Source of the DNA: Thermoplasmatota archaeon
GTDB taxonomy: Archaea > Thermoplasmatota > E2 > DHVEG-1
Direction of reading: 5' to 3'
DNA: 64,000 nucleotides
Assembly (NCBI GenBank): GCA_041650455.1
Contig: JBAZLE010000001.1
Coordinates: forward strand, 157-64,156
The notes under the pieces are model-generated. The model had not been told where the DNA came from. It worked only from the letters and a program-made list of their open reading frames with translations, and ran no database searches. Each line of letters starts with the position of its first letter. Positions within the stretch are counted from its first letter, which is position 1. The translations under genes were made by a program, and so were the position numbers. Shown piece by piece: positions 1 to 8,081 of the stretch.

Positions 1-1273
1 TGAAAATCCTGATGTTTCCACGAGCGGAGAAGTTACGCGTCACTTTATTATACCAGATACTGGCAGACATCTGGTGAGTATTGATGCAACGACGGATTGC
101 GTTTGGAATTGAAAGATATCGACTCGCCGTTCGTGTGATACCTTGTAAGATTTCCCCTTGGGACATTTGCTTCGGTAGGTAGACGACGTGTCCCACATCA
201 TATTTAGACCAATCTTTAGTGAGGATACGTCCCTGGCCTTCGAATTCCTCATAGATATTCGTTCCAGGGTACGGTGTGAGGATGTTGAATTGTGCGCAAT
301 CAAGGTCCCATTGGCAGGCTGTCTGGTAGGTTTTGTCGAAGACCTCTGGCGTGTCAGTGTCAAAGCCAAACATGAACAAACCTGTGACCATCATCCCGTG
401 ATCTCTGACTTTTTTTATGGCAGTTGGATAGTCCTTGACCTTGTTTGTTCCTTTTTTCATACTGTCGATTGTTTCTTGTGAGAGGGATTCGATGCCGACG
501 AACCATCGGACGCATCCTGCATCGGCCGCGATTCGAAGGAGGTCATCGTCCTTGGCAAGCCTATTAATGTTCCCATAACATTCGAACTGTTTCCCAAGTG
601 GCTTCATTGCATTGAAAAAGTTCTTCGAGTAGGTCGGGTTAATCGTAAGGGAGGAGTCAATAAAATGGAGCAACTTGTTAGGGAGCGTGGTTATCTCATC
701 GACAACTGCATTAATCTTTCTGGGGCGGAAATGGACACCTTCGACGACGTGTTGGCAGCAGAACCAGCAGTGGGTTGGACATCCGCGGGTGGCTTGAATG
801 GAGGCAGGGCCATAGGCTCGCAGGCCGATGCGTCGTGGTGCTGGTATCTCATCACCGATGGGCAGGCGATCTCCTTGATAGTAGGGTTTCAGGGTACTTT
901 GCTGGAGGTCCTTGAGTAGTAGTCCCCAGACTAGTTCCGCTTCACCAATGACTACGGCATCTGCATGGATTTTTGCCTCTTCGGGTAGAGCGGAGGGATG
1001 CCATCCACCGAGGACGACAGGTACTCCTCTTGCACGGAAGGTGTCTGCGATGGTGTATCCACGGTTTGCTGTGCAGGTCATAAGGCTAAGACCGACGAGG
1101 TCGTAGGGGCGTGTGAAGTCGATAGTCTGGATTTTTTCGTTTAGGATGGTGACGTTGTGTTCAGGTGGGGTAAGGGCTGCGATTTGCTCTAAACTGAGGG
1201 AGCGAAACAAGCTGAATCGATAATGAAAGGTTTGTTTTGCTCCTTCATGGGGCTCGATGAGTAGAATGTTCAT
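1..1273 (-). CDS. B12-binding radical SAM protein; C-terminus runs past the window start, partial
   Basis: Manual translation of the minus strand from ATG (rc of 1271-1273) gives MNILLIEPHEGAK..., a B12-binding-like N-domain (LVGLSLMTCTANRG...VVLGGWHPS) and a radical-SAM CxxxCxxC motif (GCPTHCWFC). There is no stop before position 1, so the ORF is absent from the complete-ORF track. Confidence 0.7.
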   Translation of the reverse strand, partial: MNILLIEPHEGAKQTFHYRFSLFRSLSLEQIAALTPPEHNVTILNEKIQTIDFTRPYDLVGLSLMTCTANRGYTIADTFRARGVPVVLGGWHPSALPEEAKIHADAVVIGEAELVWGLLLKDLQQSTLKPYYQGDRLPIGDEIPAPRRIGLRAYGPASIQATRGCPTHCWFCCQHVVEGVHFRPRKINAVVDEITTLPNKLLHFIDSSLTINPTYSKNFFNAMKPLGKQFECYGNINRLAKDDDLLRIAADAGCVRWFVGIESLSQETIDSMKKGTNKVKDYPTAIKKVRDHGMMVTGLFMFGFDTDTPEVFDKTYQTACQWDLDCAQFNILTPYPGTNIYEEFEGQGRILTKDWSKYDVGHVVYLPKQMSQGEILQGITRTASRYLSIPNAIRRCINTHQMSASIWYNKVTRNFSARGNIRIF

Positions 1274-1446
1274 ACTCTGCTCCACCATTGTTAGGTTGGG
1301 GTTAATTATTTTTTTTATGTAGGATAGTTTGAATGTGCAGTTTGTACCTAATGGATGATATATAGGAGGTCTGGTTCAAAAAGTTTTGTTAAATGAGTCT
1401 TTTCGAACAGAGTGTAACTTCTCAGACGTATGAGAAGGAAAAGTTA

Positions 1447-1564
1447 TGCAGGGGAAGGGATTTGAACCCTCGGACTCCTGCGAGACAGGATGTCTCATCA
1501 CACGAACCTTTCTTGTGTTTTGATCTTAAGTCCTGCGCCGTTGGCCATGCTTGGCTACCCCTGC
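1447..1564 (-). tRNA. tRNA-Leu(UAA) with a ~33-nt intron at the canonical 37/38 position
   Basis: The minus strand reads GCAGGGG-TA-GCC...GGC-G-CAGGA-CTTAAG[intron]A-TCCTG, then a long variable arm TCTCGCAGGAGTCC, a T-arm GAGGGTTCAAATCCCTT, and CCCCTGC-A. The acceptor stem is 7 bp, the fold is class II, and the anticodon is TAA. Confidence 0.75.
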
Positions 1565-1584
1565 AGACACATCAAAGAAAGAAG

Positions 1585-1656
1585 TGCGGACGCCGGGATT
1601 CGAACCCGGGCAAGAGGCTTGGAGGGCCTCAATCATAACCACTAGATCACATCCGC
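1585..1656 (-). tRNA. tRNA-Gly(UCC)
   Basis: The minus strand reads GCGGATG-TG-ATC..GAT-T-GAGGC-CCTCCAA-GCCTC-TTGC-CCGGGTTCGAATCCCGG-CGTCCGC-A. The cloverleaf is canonical with a GTTCGAATC T-loop and anticodon TCC. Position 33 is C, which is unusual. No CCA is encoded. Confidence 0.7.
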
Positions 1657-1830
1657 ATTCTCTTACTGATTCTCTTCCTTTGTCCGTTGGTGTGTGGTAG
1701 ACATAAACTTACTATTCATAATCTTTTTTATCAAACATCCTTCTGTTGAGAAAACCAAAACACAAATAGATATGCAAAGGAGAAGATTTAAATCAGAAGA
1801 GAAGATATCTGTTGCAATAGGAGGTGTAGT

Positions 1831-2016
1831 ATGGCATACAACTACGAAGGATGGACGTTATACACTCGAAACGTAACCCTGAAGGGTGGACGAAAACAAA
1901 CGATCTATTACTTCAGCAAACGGTCACCAAAAAGCGGGACCGCCTGCGAGTTACCAACAGGCTATACTGTTGGCGTGAATAAGAGAACCAGTCTACCGTA
2001 CTTGAAAAAGAAGTAA
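1831..2016 (+). CDS. Small basic hypothetical protein (61 aa)
   Basis: ORF MAYNYEGWTLYTRNVTLKGGRKQTIYYFSKRSPKSGTACELPTGYTVGVNKRTSLPYLKKK. A GGAGGT Shine-Dalgarno sits 5 nt upstream of the ATG, and the ORF lies in an otherwise empty intergenic stretch after the tRNAs. Confidence 0.45.
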   Translation: MAYNYEGWTLYTRNVTLKGGRKQTIYYFSKRSPKSGTACELPTGYTVGVNKRTSLPYLKKK

Positions 2017-2097
2017 TATCCTTGGTTCTTCTTCTTTCTTTTTTTCATCAGAGAAACATTTATAAGTACTATCAATGTTCAATGACCAGTGAGTAGT

Positions 2098-2289
2098 ATG
2101 GATGACGATATTATTGATCCTGAAGACGTCAGTTGTATGAATCTGAAGGAAAAAAAAGTCATCAGTTCCAATGAGGAACTCATGTTATTCATGCACCGTT
2201 TTAATCTTGATTGGGAGACGGTTGAAGCCATGCCTGCGTTTGAAGAGCACTGTAAAGAGTTATTCCGTCGAGAAAAACACGATAAATAA
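2098..2289 (+). CDS. Small acidic hypothetical protein (~63 aa)
   Basis: ORF MDDDIIDPEDV...KELFRREKHDK directly upstream of the aminotransferase. No recognisable domain. Confidence 0.3.
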   Translation: MDDDIIDPEDVSCMNLKEKKVISSNEELMLFMHRFNLDWETVEAMPAFEEHCKELFRREKHDK

Positions 2290-2375
2290 TGCTATGGTTA
2301 TTGGTTTTTTTCTATTTGTATCTTTTGACGAAATACATATAAAACAGAGGTCGATGTTGCTGCTGAGGTAAGTTC

Positions 2376-3599
2376 ATGGTAAAGTTCGATCATTTATTCT
2401 CAGATAGAGCAGGAAAGATGCGAAAATCTGAAATCCGTGAATTACTGAAAGTCACGCAGGATCCTGAGATTATTTCCTTCGCAGGTGGCTTACCAAATCC
2501 GCAATCATTTCCCATTCAAGATTTGAAGCTCATGGTTCAAACTGTGTTAAACAATCAGGGGAAAGTCGCCCTTCAGTACGGGGCGACACAAGGCGTCATG
2601 GAGCTTCGCGAGGCCATCGCGGAACGCTCGCATAAAGAAGGGATGACGTCAGGAGTCTCTGCGGAGAACATCATGATTACCAGTGGGTCCCAGCAAGCAC
2701 TTGATGCTGTTGGAAAAGTGTTTCTCAATCCTGGGGATGTCGCCTTGGTTGGCCTCCCATCCTATCTTGGTGGAATCAATGCGTTCCGCAGCTACGAAGC
2801 GAACCTCATCGGAGTCCCGTTAGATAAAGAGGGGATACAAATAGACCTCCTTGAAGAAAAAATACAGGAGCTCCTCAAACAGGACATGCCCGTGAAGTTC
2901 ATCTATGCCATTCCAACCTTTCAAAATCCCGCAGGCACGGTCATGCCGGAGTCTCGACGCAAACAACTTATCGACATCGCTCATGAATACAACCTTATCA
3001 TCATCGAGGATGACCCCTATAGCAAACTTCGGTACGATATAGGACCTGTAAAACCAATTAAAGCATTTGACGATGAAGGCAGAGTTATTTACCTCTCCAC
3101 GTTTTCAAAGATCCTTGCCCCAGGCTTCCGAATCGCCTGGGTTATCGCGGCTGACGAGATCATGCGGAAACTTGCTTTGTGCAAACAAGCACAGGATCTC
3201 TGCACCGCACCATTCTCCCAATACATCGCCCATGAGTTTATGAAAAGCGGCTCCTTAGACCTCCATATCATGAAAATCTGCGAAATGTACAAACCAAAAC
3301 GAGACATCATGATGGATTGTATGAAGAAATATTTCCCTGAAGGATACATCTGCAACAAGCCATATGGTGGGATGTTCGCCTGGGTGACTCTCCCCAAGCA
3401 GATCGACACCGAAGCGATGTTCCTTGACGCGTTCAAAGAAAAAGTCGCTTACGTCCATGGGAAAGCATTCTGCGTTGATGGAGGCGGAGGAAGCTCGATG
3501 CGACTGAACTTTTCCTATTCCACCAACGAACAGCTTGATACGGGGATGAAACGGCTGGGGACCGTCATTGAACGGAACATGAAGGTACTATGCCGGTAG
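2376..3599 (+). CDS. PLP-dependent aminotransferase, class I/II (aromatic/2-aminoadipate aminotransferase-like)
   Basis: 407 aa. N-terminus KSEIRELLKVT..ISFAGGLPNP, then SGSQQALD, IYAIPTFQNPAG, LSTFSKILAPGFRIAW (the PLP lysine region) and a YSTNEQL C-terminus are typical of the fold-type I family. Confidence 0.85.
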   Translation: MVKFDHLFSDRAGKMRKSEIRELLKVTQDPEIISFAGGLPNPQSFPIQDLKLMVQTVLNNQGKVALQYGATQGVMELREAIAERSHKEGMTSGVSAENIMITSGSQQALDAVGKVFLNPGDVALVGLPSYLGGINAFRSYEANLIGVPLDKEGIQIDLLEEKIQELLKQDMPVKFIYAIPTFQNPAGTVMPESRRKQLIDIAHEYNLIIIEDDPYSKLRYDIGPVKPIKAFDDEGRVIYLSTFSKILAPGFRIAWVIAADEIMRKLALCKQAQDLCTAPFSQYIAHEFMKSGSLDLHIMKICEMYKPKRDIMMDCMKKYFPEGYICNKPYGGMFAWVTLPKQIDTEAMFLDAFKEKVAYVHGKAFCVDGGGGSSMRLNFSYSTNEQLDTGMKRLGTVIERNMKVLCR

Positions 3600-5152
3600 G
3601 AAGAACACTCCTGATCACCAGCATTCTCCTCCTCAGCCTCTTCTCAGGATGTACGTTTCTTCACCAGACACACTTCACGCTGCTTTCTCTGGTTGTTGAC
3701 GATGACCAAGGATTTCCTCGGATGGTAGTGCAGTTCAACACCTCTGATACTTCGCATCTTCTCCTTACCGATCCAGCACATACTGTCCTTTTCTCAGGAA
3801 CCTATTATGCAGGAATTCATAATGAAAGCATGTATTTTTCTGGGTATCGCACGACGATTCCAGCGGGAATGTACCAGTTAACCGCGAAGGACTCATCACA
3901 ACACACGATTTTTGAAGAGGAGGTATCGTTCAATGGTGCGAATCTCTCGGTTACCTCGCTTTCTATTGACGGATGGAATGGCATCGCAGGTTCTCCAAGT
4001 ATCGCCTTCCACCTTAGCCTTACGAACACTGGTGATCTCCCCGCATATCCTTCTCGGTTGACGATCCTACAAGGATCCTTAGCCGAAGAGGTGTTGCTCC
4101 TTCCCGAGGTGATCCTTCCATCCACCACACAGTCTCTCACCTGTTTTGCCCCGCTCCTTGCTCCAACTGCTGAGGATACCCCACTGACGATATCTTTGTT
4201 TGACAGTACTGGAATGATTCTATCGCAAACGAATTTTTCCTTGGTGAAAAAAACTCCGGTCGGCTCTTGGGAGTACACCTGGTATTATTTCGGCTCCCAT
4301 ACGTTGAAAATTCCCCAAGTCGATTGGTTCCCTGATTATTACCGAGGCTTGGAACGATTTGATTTTGTTGATTACGCTGCCTATGTGTTTGATCCCTATG
4401 ATGATTCCTATCTCGAATTCCTCGTCGATCGCATCCTATTGCTCAAGGAAGTAAGATCAGATGTGGAGAAAATAAATTTTGTCGCCTCCTTTGTTCAAAG
4501 TATCGAATATAAAAACGATGATCCGGAGAACGACTCCTACGAGTATCCACGGTATCCGTTAGAAACCCTCCACGATAAACAAGGGGACTGTGAGGATAAA
4601 GCCATCCTGACCGCCGCCCTGCTGCAGAGCCTCGGGTATAATGTGTCACTCCTCCGACTTCCCCACCATATGGCGGTCGGGGTCCATCTCAATCAGACAA
4701 TACCACCGTATTCCTATTATGTTGATCAATATTATTTTTTAGAAACAACCACCCTGCATATGACCGTTGGAAAAATCCCCCTGGAATATGAAGGTCTGAC
4801 CAACATCAGCGTCTATCCACTCACCCCACGACCACTTCTTGTGCATCGCTGGAAGGACGCGACACGCTATAAAGTGAGCACTGGAGCAGATTATGTGACG
4901 GTGCGGATGATAGTTGAAAACTTTGGCACTGAGCCGACCAGCAGCATCGAGATCCGCGGTGCATTTTATGACAATTCAAACCAGATTTATCATCAACAGA
5001 CAACGATTGTTTCCTCCCTTTCTGCCGGTGAGAAACGGGTAGTGGAGCTCTCCGTTGATGTTCCCGTGGAAATCTCCACGACTCTGAAAACCCAATTGTT
5101 CATCGATGCTATCATGGTTCATCAACGAGAATCAACCTCGCAGTTCCCCTGA
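3590..5152 (+). CDS. Secreted/lipoprotein transglutaminase-like cysteine protease superfamily protein
   Basis: Signal peptide with a lipobox-like LFSGC. Transglutaminase-core-like motif DKQGDCEDKAILTAALLQSLGYNV. The start overlaps the aminotransferase stop by 10 nt. Confidence 0.7.
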   Translation: MPVGRTLLITSILLLSLFSGCTFLHQTHFTLLSLVVDDDQGFPRMVVQFNTSDTSHLLLTDPAHTVLFSGTYYAGIHNESMYFSGYRTTIPAGMYQLTAKDSSQHTIFEEEVSFNGANLSVTSLSIDGWNGIAGSPSIAFHLSLTNTGDLPAYPSRLTILQGSLAEEVLLLPEVILPSTTQSLTCFAPLLAPTAEDTPLTISLFDSTGMILSQTNFSLVKKTPVGSWEYTWYYFGSHTLKIPQVDWFPDYYRGLERFDFVDYAAYVFDPYDDSYLEFLVDRILLLKEVRSDVEKINFVASFVQSIEYKNDDPENDSYEYPRYPLETLHDKQGDCEDKAILTAALLQSLGYNVSLLRLPHHMAVGVHLNQTIPPYSYYVDQYYFLETTTLHMTVGKIPLEYEGLTNISVYPLTPRPLLVHRWKDATRYKVSTGADYVTVRMIVENFGTEPTSSIEIRGAFYDNSNQIYHQQTTIVSSLSAGEKRVVELSVDVPVEISTTLKTQLFIDAIMVHQRESTSQFP

Positions 5153-5259
5153 AGAATCCTTCCTCTCTTCATACAAAGGCAACCTTTTCTGGAAGCCGGT
5201 AATGAATTAGATCGGACGGGGACAAAGTTTATAACCCTAAGAACGTACATGCTTTTTTT

Positions 5260-5566
5260 GCTGGGCGTAGGTGGACGGTTGACGGTGACCTTTCCGGTTG
5301 CTGAGGAAAGTCCTCTCTCACTCTGAATCAGGATCCTGCGCAAGCAGGTAAGGCGAGAGTCTTAGCAGAGGAACAGAAACGACACAGCCCTTGGATTATG
5401 CGATGATTCACCTGGTGATGAGGTCTCCTTGGGATTTGGTGAAACGGCCAATCTGCTCCTGGAGCAAGCCCAAACATCGGGATCAGTTATTCAGACTGCT
5501 CGTAGGTAGGGCGCATCAGACAAATACCGTTAAAACAGAAAGAGGCTTACGGCCTACACCCAGCAC
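5260..5566 (+). ncRNA. rnpB: RNase P RNA (archaeal rnpB, ~307 nt)
   Basis: Noncoding stretch with a CR-I GAGGAAAGTCC motif and a CR-V-like ACAGAAAGAGGCTTA motif. A GGAGCAAGCCCAAACATCGGG segment resembles the archaeal type-A consensus. P1 forms between 5260-5271 (GCTGGGCGTAGG) and 5553-5564 (CCTACACCCAGC). P4 shows compensatory covariation (5' CCTCT with 3' AGAGG, versus the usual CCGGG/CCCGG). A TATA-like TTTATAA lies ~27 nt upstream. Confidence 0.75.
5539..5566 (+). repeat. rnpB 3'-terminal 28-nt segment (attL-like copy 1 of a direct repeat family)
   Basis: AAAGAGGCTTACGGCCTACACCCAGCAC. It is identical over 28 nt to 9117..9144, and diverged copies lie at 9757 and 10923. Confidence 0.8.
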
Positions 5567-5717
5567 TTATGTTCGAATAGAAATGGATTTCTGGATTTGA
5601 GTCGTAATAATTCTATTGCATCCAAAAACGTTCGGTAAAAGATTGGTTCTGGGCTATTCCTCAGATATCATTTCGACAAGTTCAGAGATATTCTTGCTTC
5701 AATTCTAAATCTTACGG

Positions 5718-6572
5718 CTACCATGGTGGTTGAAAAACATCTACTTTTACAAGGACAGCTGCTCCTAAAAAAAATGATCCTAATTTAATTCCAGTAAAAC
5801 CAAACGCCCCTGTATAACATTTCCAGTAAAATGCCATTACAGGAAATTCAATATGACCCCATAATGAACCGTTGATTGTGTCTATTCCATTTACACCTAC
5901 AGTATATATCCAACCAGTTGACGGATAAGCACCATAACCAGGATAATTATAAAATTCATCACCAAAAGTTAAAAGACTCAAAAAATTTAGCATAGACGCA
6001 GGCGTAAAATTTTTCATTATCCAAAGAAAAAAGGTTCCCATATATAGGAGAAAAAATTCAATTCTCGAAGTGAAGAACTTCTCGAATATAATCCTGAAAG
6101 CTGAAATTACGGTCTTAGCAACCCGACAATCTTCTGCTTCTCCAGTAATCAAACAAAAAAAATTATGACAAACAGAAATCTCCGAGTTATGTATTTTATT
6201 TACAATGTTTGTTGATTTTCCATTACCAACTACTAATCTCTGTGCCCGCTCAACACTCATACCCCTCGGCAACAACCCATACTTGTCCAACTCCACCACA
6301 GCATCCTTGAACAACGGGACTGCTTCCTCCCGTGTTGATGTCTGGTTCAATCTGGCTCTGAACTCCACCAGATACTGCTCCAGGTTCTGGTATTGTTCTC
6401 TGGTGAGTTTCACCGTGGTATCCCCGTATCCTTTGATGCCGCAGGGTTGTGTGGTGACTTCCACCAGGTCATCATCAGTGGATGCTTTCGCAGTGTTGAA
6501 GTTGATAGCTGGTGCTATGGTCACACCAACGAACAAGAGAATGATTCCAATCGCCAAACATTTCCGTTTCAT
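5718..6572 (-). CDS. Secreted hypothetical protein, paralog family A (signal peptide MKRKCLAIGIILLFVG...)
   Basis: The track ORF 5718..6800 was trimmed to the internal Met preceding a classic signal peptide. It shares GLLP(R/K)GMS(V/I)xRAQRLV and GW(I/V)(Y/W)T(V/I)G(V/M)NG...PPW blocks with the CDS at 8072..8938. The region is AT-rich. Confidence 0.6.
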   Translation of the reverse strand: MKRKCLAIGIILLFVGVTIAPAINFNTAKASTDDDLVEVTTQPCGIKGYGDTTVKLTREQYQNLEQYLVEFRARLNQTSTREEAVPLFKDAVVELDKYGLLPRGMSVERAQRLVVGNGKSTNIVNKIHNSEISVCHNFFCLITGEAEDCRVAKTVISAFRIIFEKFFTSRIEFFLLYMGTFFLWIMKNFTPASMLNFLSLLTFGDEFYNYPGYGAYPSTGWIYTVGVNGIDTINGSLWGHIEFPVMAFYWKCYTGAFGFTGIKLGSFFLGAAVLVKVDVFQPPW

Positions 6573-7284
6573 TGATTTATCTCCATATCCTTGATGTTCA
6601 ATCCGATTGATGGATATATCGGCCAGCATCCCAAAACAACTAAAAGAATAAAAAAAAGATAAGCAATAGTAGAAAACAGTATGTACCAAGGTGTTATCAA
6701 TAGTAATAATAATGGAAGTTGTAAAACAAACAAATACAACTCCTCTAGAATCATAGCAGGAATGCCAAACAAAAAAAACATTAAAAATAAACTTCCACAC
6801 AGAATAGGATAAGGAAACTCTGTATTTTCATTTTCACAATCACACTCAGAATCTTTCAACTGAGTTATTTCTGCATTGAGTATTGTATTCTTTTCAATAA
6901 CTGTTGATATCTCCTTCAGCATCCCCTGATTATCGATTTGATACTTACCAAGGATAGATTGCATTCTTGATGTGCTGATAAACCTTGAAAGCATCAATCC
7001 AAGAAGATACATCTGTCTAAGCTGATTCTTCATTAACACAGGAATCTCCGATGGTGGGAATATCCCTCTGCTTATCTGGGATTTAAGAATAATTCTCTGA
7101 ATATCCTTATTATTTGCAATATCAACGATGGTCTGGAATAACAACTCTCTCTGGTTGATTCTCTCTTTGATAGTGCTCTGTTGTGAGGTCTGGACTGTTT
7201 GGTATCCCACCACAGTGCTCAACGAACCCATCACAGAAGAACCACAGCACAGAGACTTACACCAATTAATGGACGTTTATCCAT
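6569..7284 (-). pseudogene. Secreted hypothetical protein, paralog family B, with a 1-nt frameshift inside the signal peptide
   Basis: The ATG at rc 7282-7284 gives MDKRPLIGVSLCAVVLL*. After a -1 shift the other frame continues (V)MGSLSTVVGYQT..., which matches the LLVLGSLSNVVGYQT leader of 7581..8081. Inserting one G restores VVLLVMGSLS. The C-terminal half is multi-TM. Confidence 0.5.
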
Positions 7285-7370
7285 GTCTTTCCTAGCCCTT
7301 TACCGCATTTTATAACACTGTTATCCTATATAAAGAATATTCCATCCCTGATAGGTAACAACATTTGCTC

Positions 7371-7448
7371 TTACCAGCCAAAGTAATTCTTTATTATAAA
7401 TCCGATGAGAAGACCGATGAAAAAACCAAAGATCGCCCCCCATATCAT
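7371..7448 (-). CDS. Tiny hydrophobic peptide (25 aa, MIWGAIFGFFIGLLIGFIIKNYFGW)
   Basis: An AGGAGG Shine-Dalgarno sits ~11 nt upstream of the ATG. The product is a single predicted TM helix. It lies between the paralog genes of the island. Confidence 0.25.
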   Translation of the reverse strand: MIWGAIFGFFIGLLIGFIIKNYFGW

Positions 7449-7492
7449 ACTTTTTCATTCCTCCTTATGATATGATATTTCATGTCATATAT

Positions 7493-7564
7493 TTAAATGT
7501 TATTCATAACACAGGTTCCAACGAACAAGAGAATGATTCCAACCGCCAACCGTTTCCTTTTCAT
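7493..7564 (-). pseudogene. Remnant 5' stub of a family-A gene (MKRKRLAVGIILLFVGTCVMNNI*)
   Basis: The 23-codon ORF is nearly identical at protein and DNA level to the signal peptide of 5718..6572 (MKRKCLAIGIILLFVG) and then terminates. This is a signature of deletion or rearrangement within a tandem gene array. Confidence 0.5.
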
Positions 7565-7580
7565 TTGAATATTCCTTCTG

Positions 7581-8081
7581 TTATGCTCTGTTTATTATTG
7601 GAGAGCAGATTATGAATATTTTATGCCTGTATACTAATTCATTATCATAATCAACACTTACTGATAAAGGAAATATACCAATATGACCTGGCGTCATGAG
7701 TGTTGGATTGCAATGAAAGTTTGTTGCATGGGATTTGTCTGGTTCTAATATTAAATTGAATTCCCATGTATAATATTCATTTGACACTCGAGGAGTAGGA
7801 AATTGAGATAATGTAATAATCACATCTAAGTCATTGATGGTATTTATTCCATTATTTGTGATATGAATAGTTGCATTGAAATCAGAGTTTTCTATGTATA
7901 TTCTTGGGAATCTTTGTTTGTATGTAATTATGTCTATTGTAATGTTAGATGTAGCTTCTGGTGTTGGTATAGTCTGATACCCAACGACATTACTCAATGA
8001 ACCTAGCACAAGAAGAACCACAGTACAGAAACAGACTCCAATTATGAGATACTTCTTTTTCATGGCATTTCCTAGGTCCAT
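7581..8081 (-). CDS. Small secreted hypothetical protein, paralog family B (166 aa, beta-rich)
   Basis: Signal peptide MKKKYLIIGVCFCTVVLLVLGSLSNVVGYQT, which it shares with 6569..7284. AT-rich. Confidence 0.55.
   Translation of the reverse strand: MDLGNAMKKKYLIIGVCFCTVVLLVLGSLSNVVGYQTIPTPEATSNITIDIITYKQRFPRIYIENSDFNATIHITNNGINTINDLDVIITLSQFPTPRVSNEYYTWEFNLILEPDKSHATNFHCNPTLMTPGHIGIFPLSVSVDYDNELVYRHKIFIICSPIINRA

Noticed and set aside
40-1106. Track ORFs 40..369(-), 188..481(+), 665..919(+), 912..1106(+)
   Set aside because: All lie inside, or antisense to, the long partial radical SAM reading frame on the minus strand, which is missing from the track only because it has no stop within the window.
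3089-4278. Antisense ORFs within the aminotransferase and transglutaminase-like genes (3089..3436, 3255..3458, 3817..4278)
   Set aside because: Fully embedded opposite strong, motif-bearing CDSs. Their composition is typical of shadow ORFs.
6569-6800. Possibility that 5718..6800 is one 360-aa gene or fused to 6569..7234
   Set aside because: A classic signal peptide and Shine-Dalgarno occur at the internal Met (6570-6572). The upstream 76 codons overlap the multi-TM C-terminus of the neighbouring gene in another frame.
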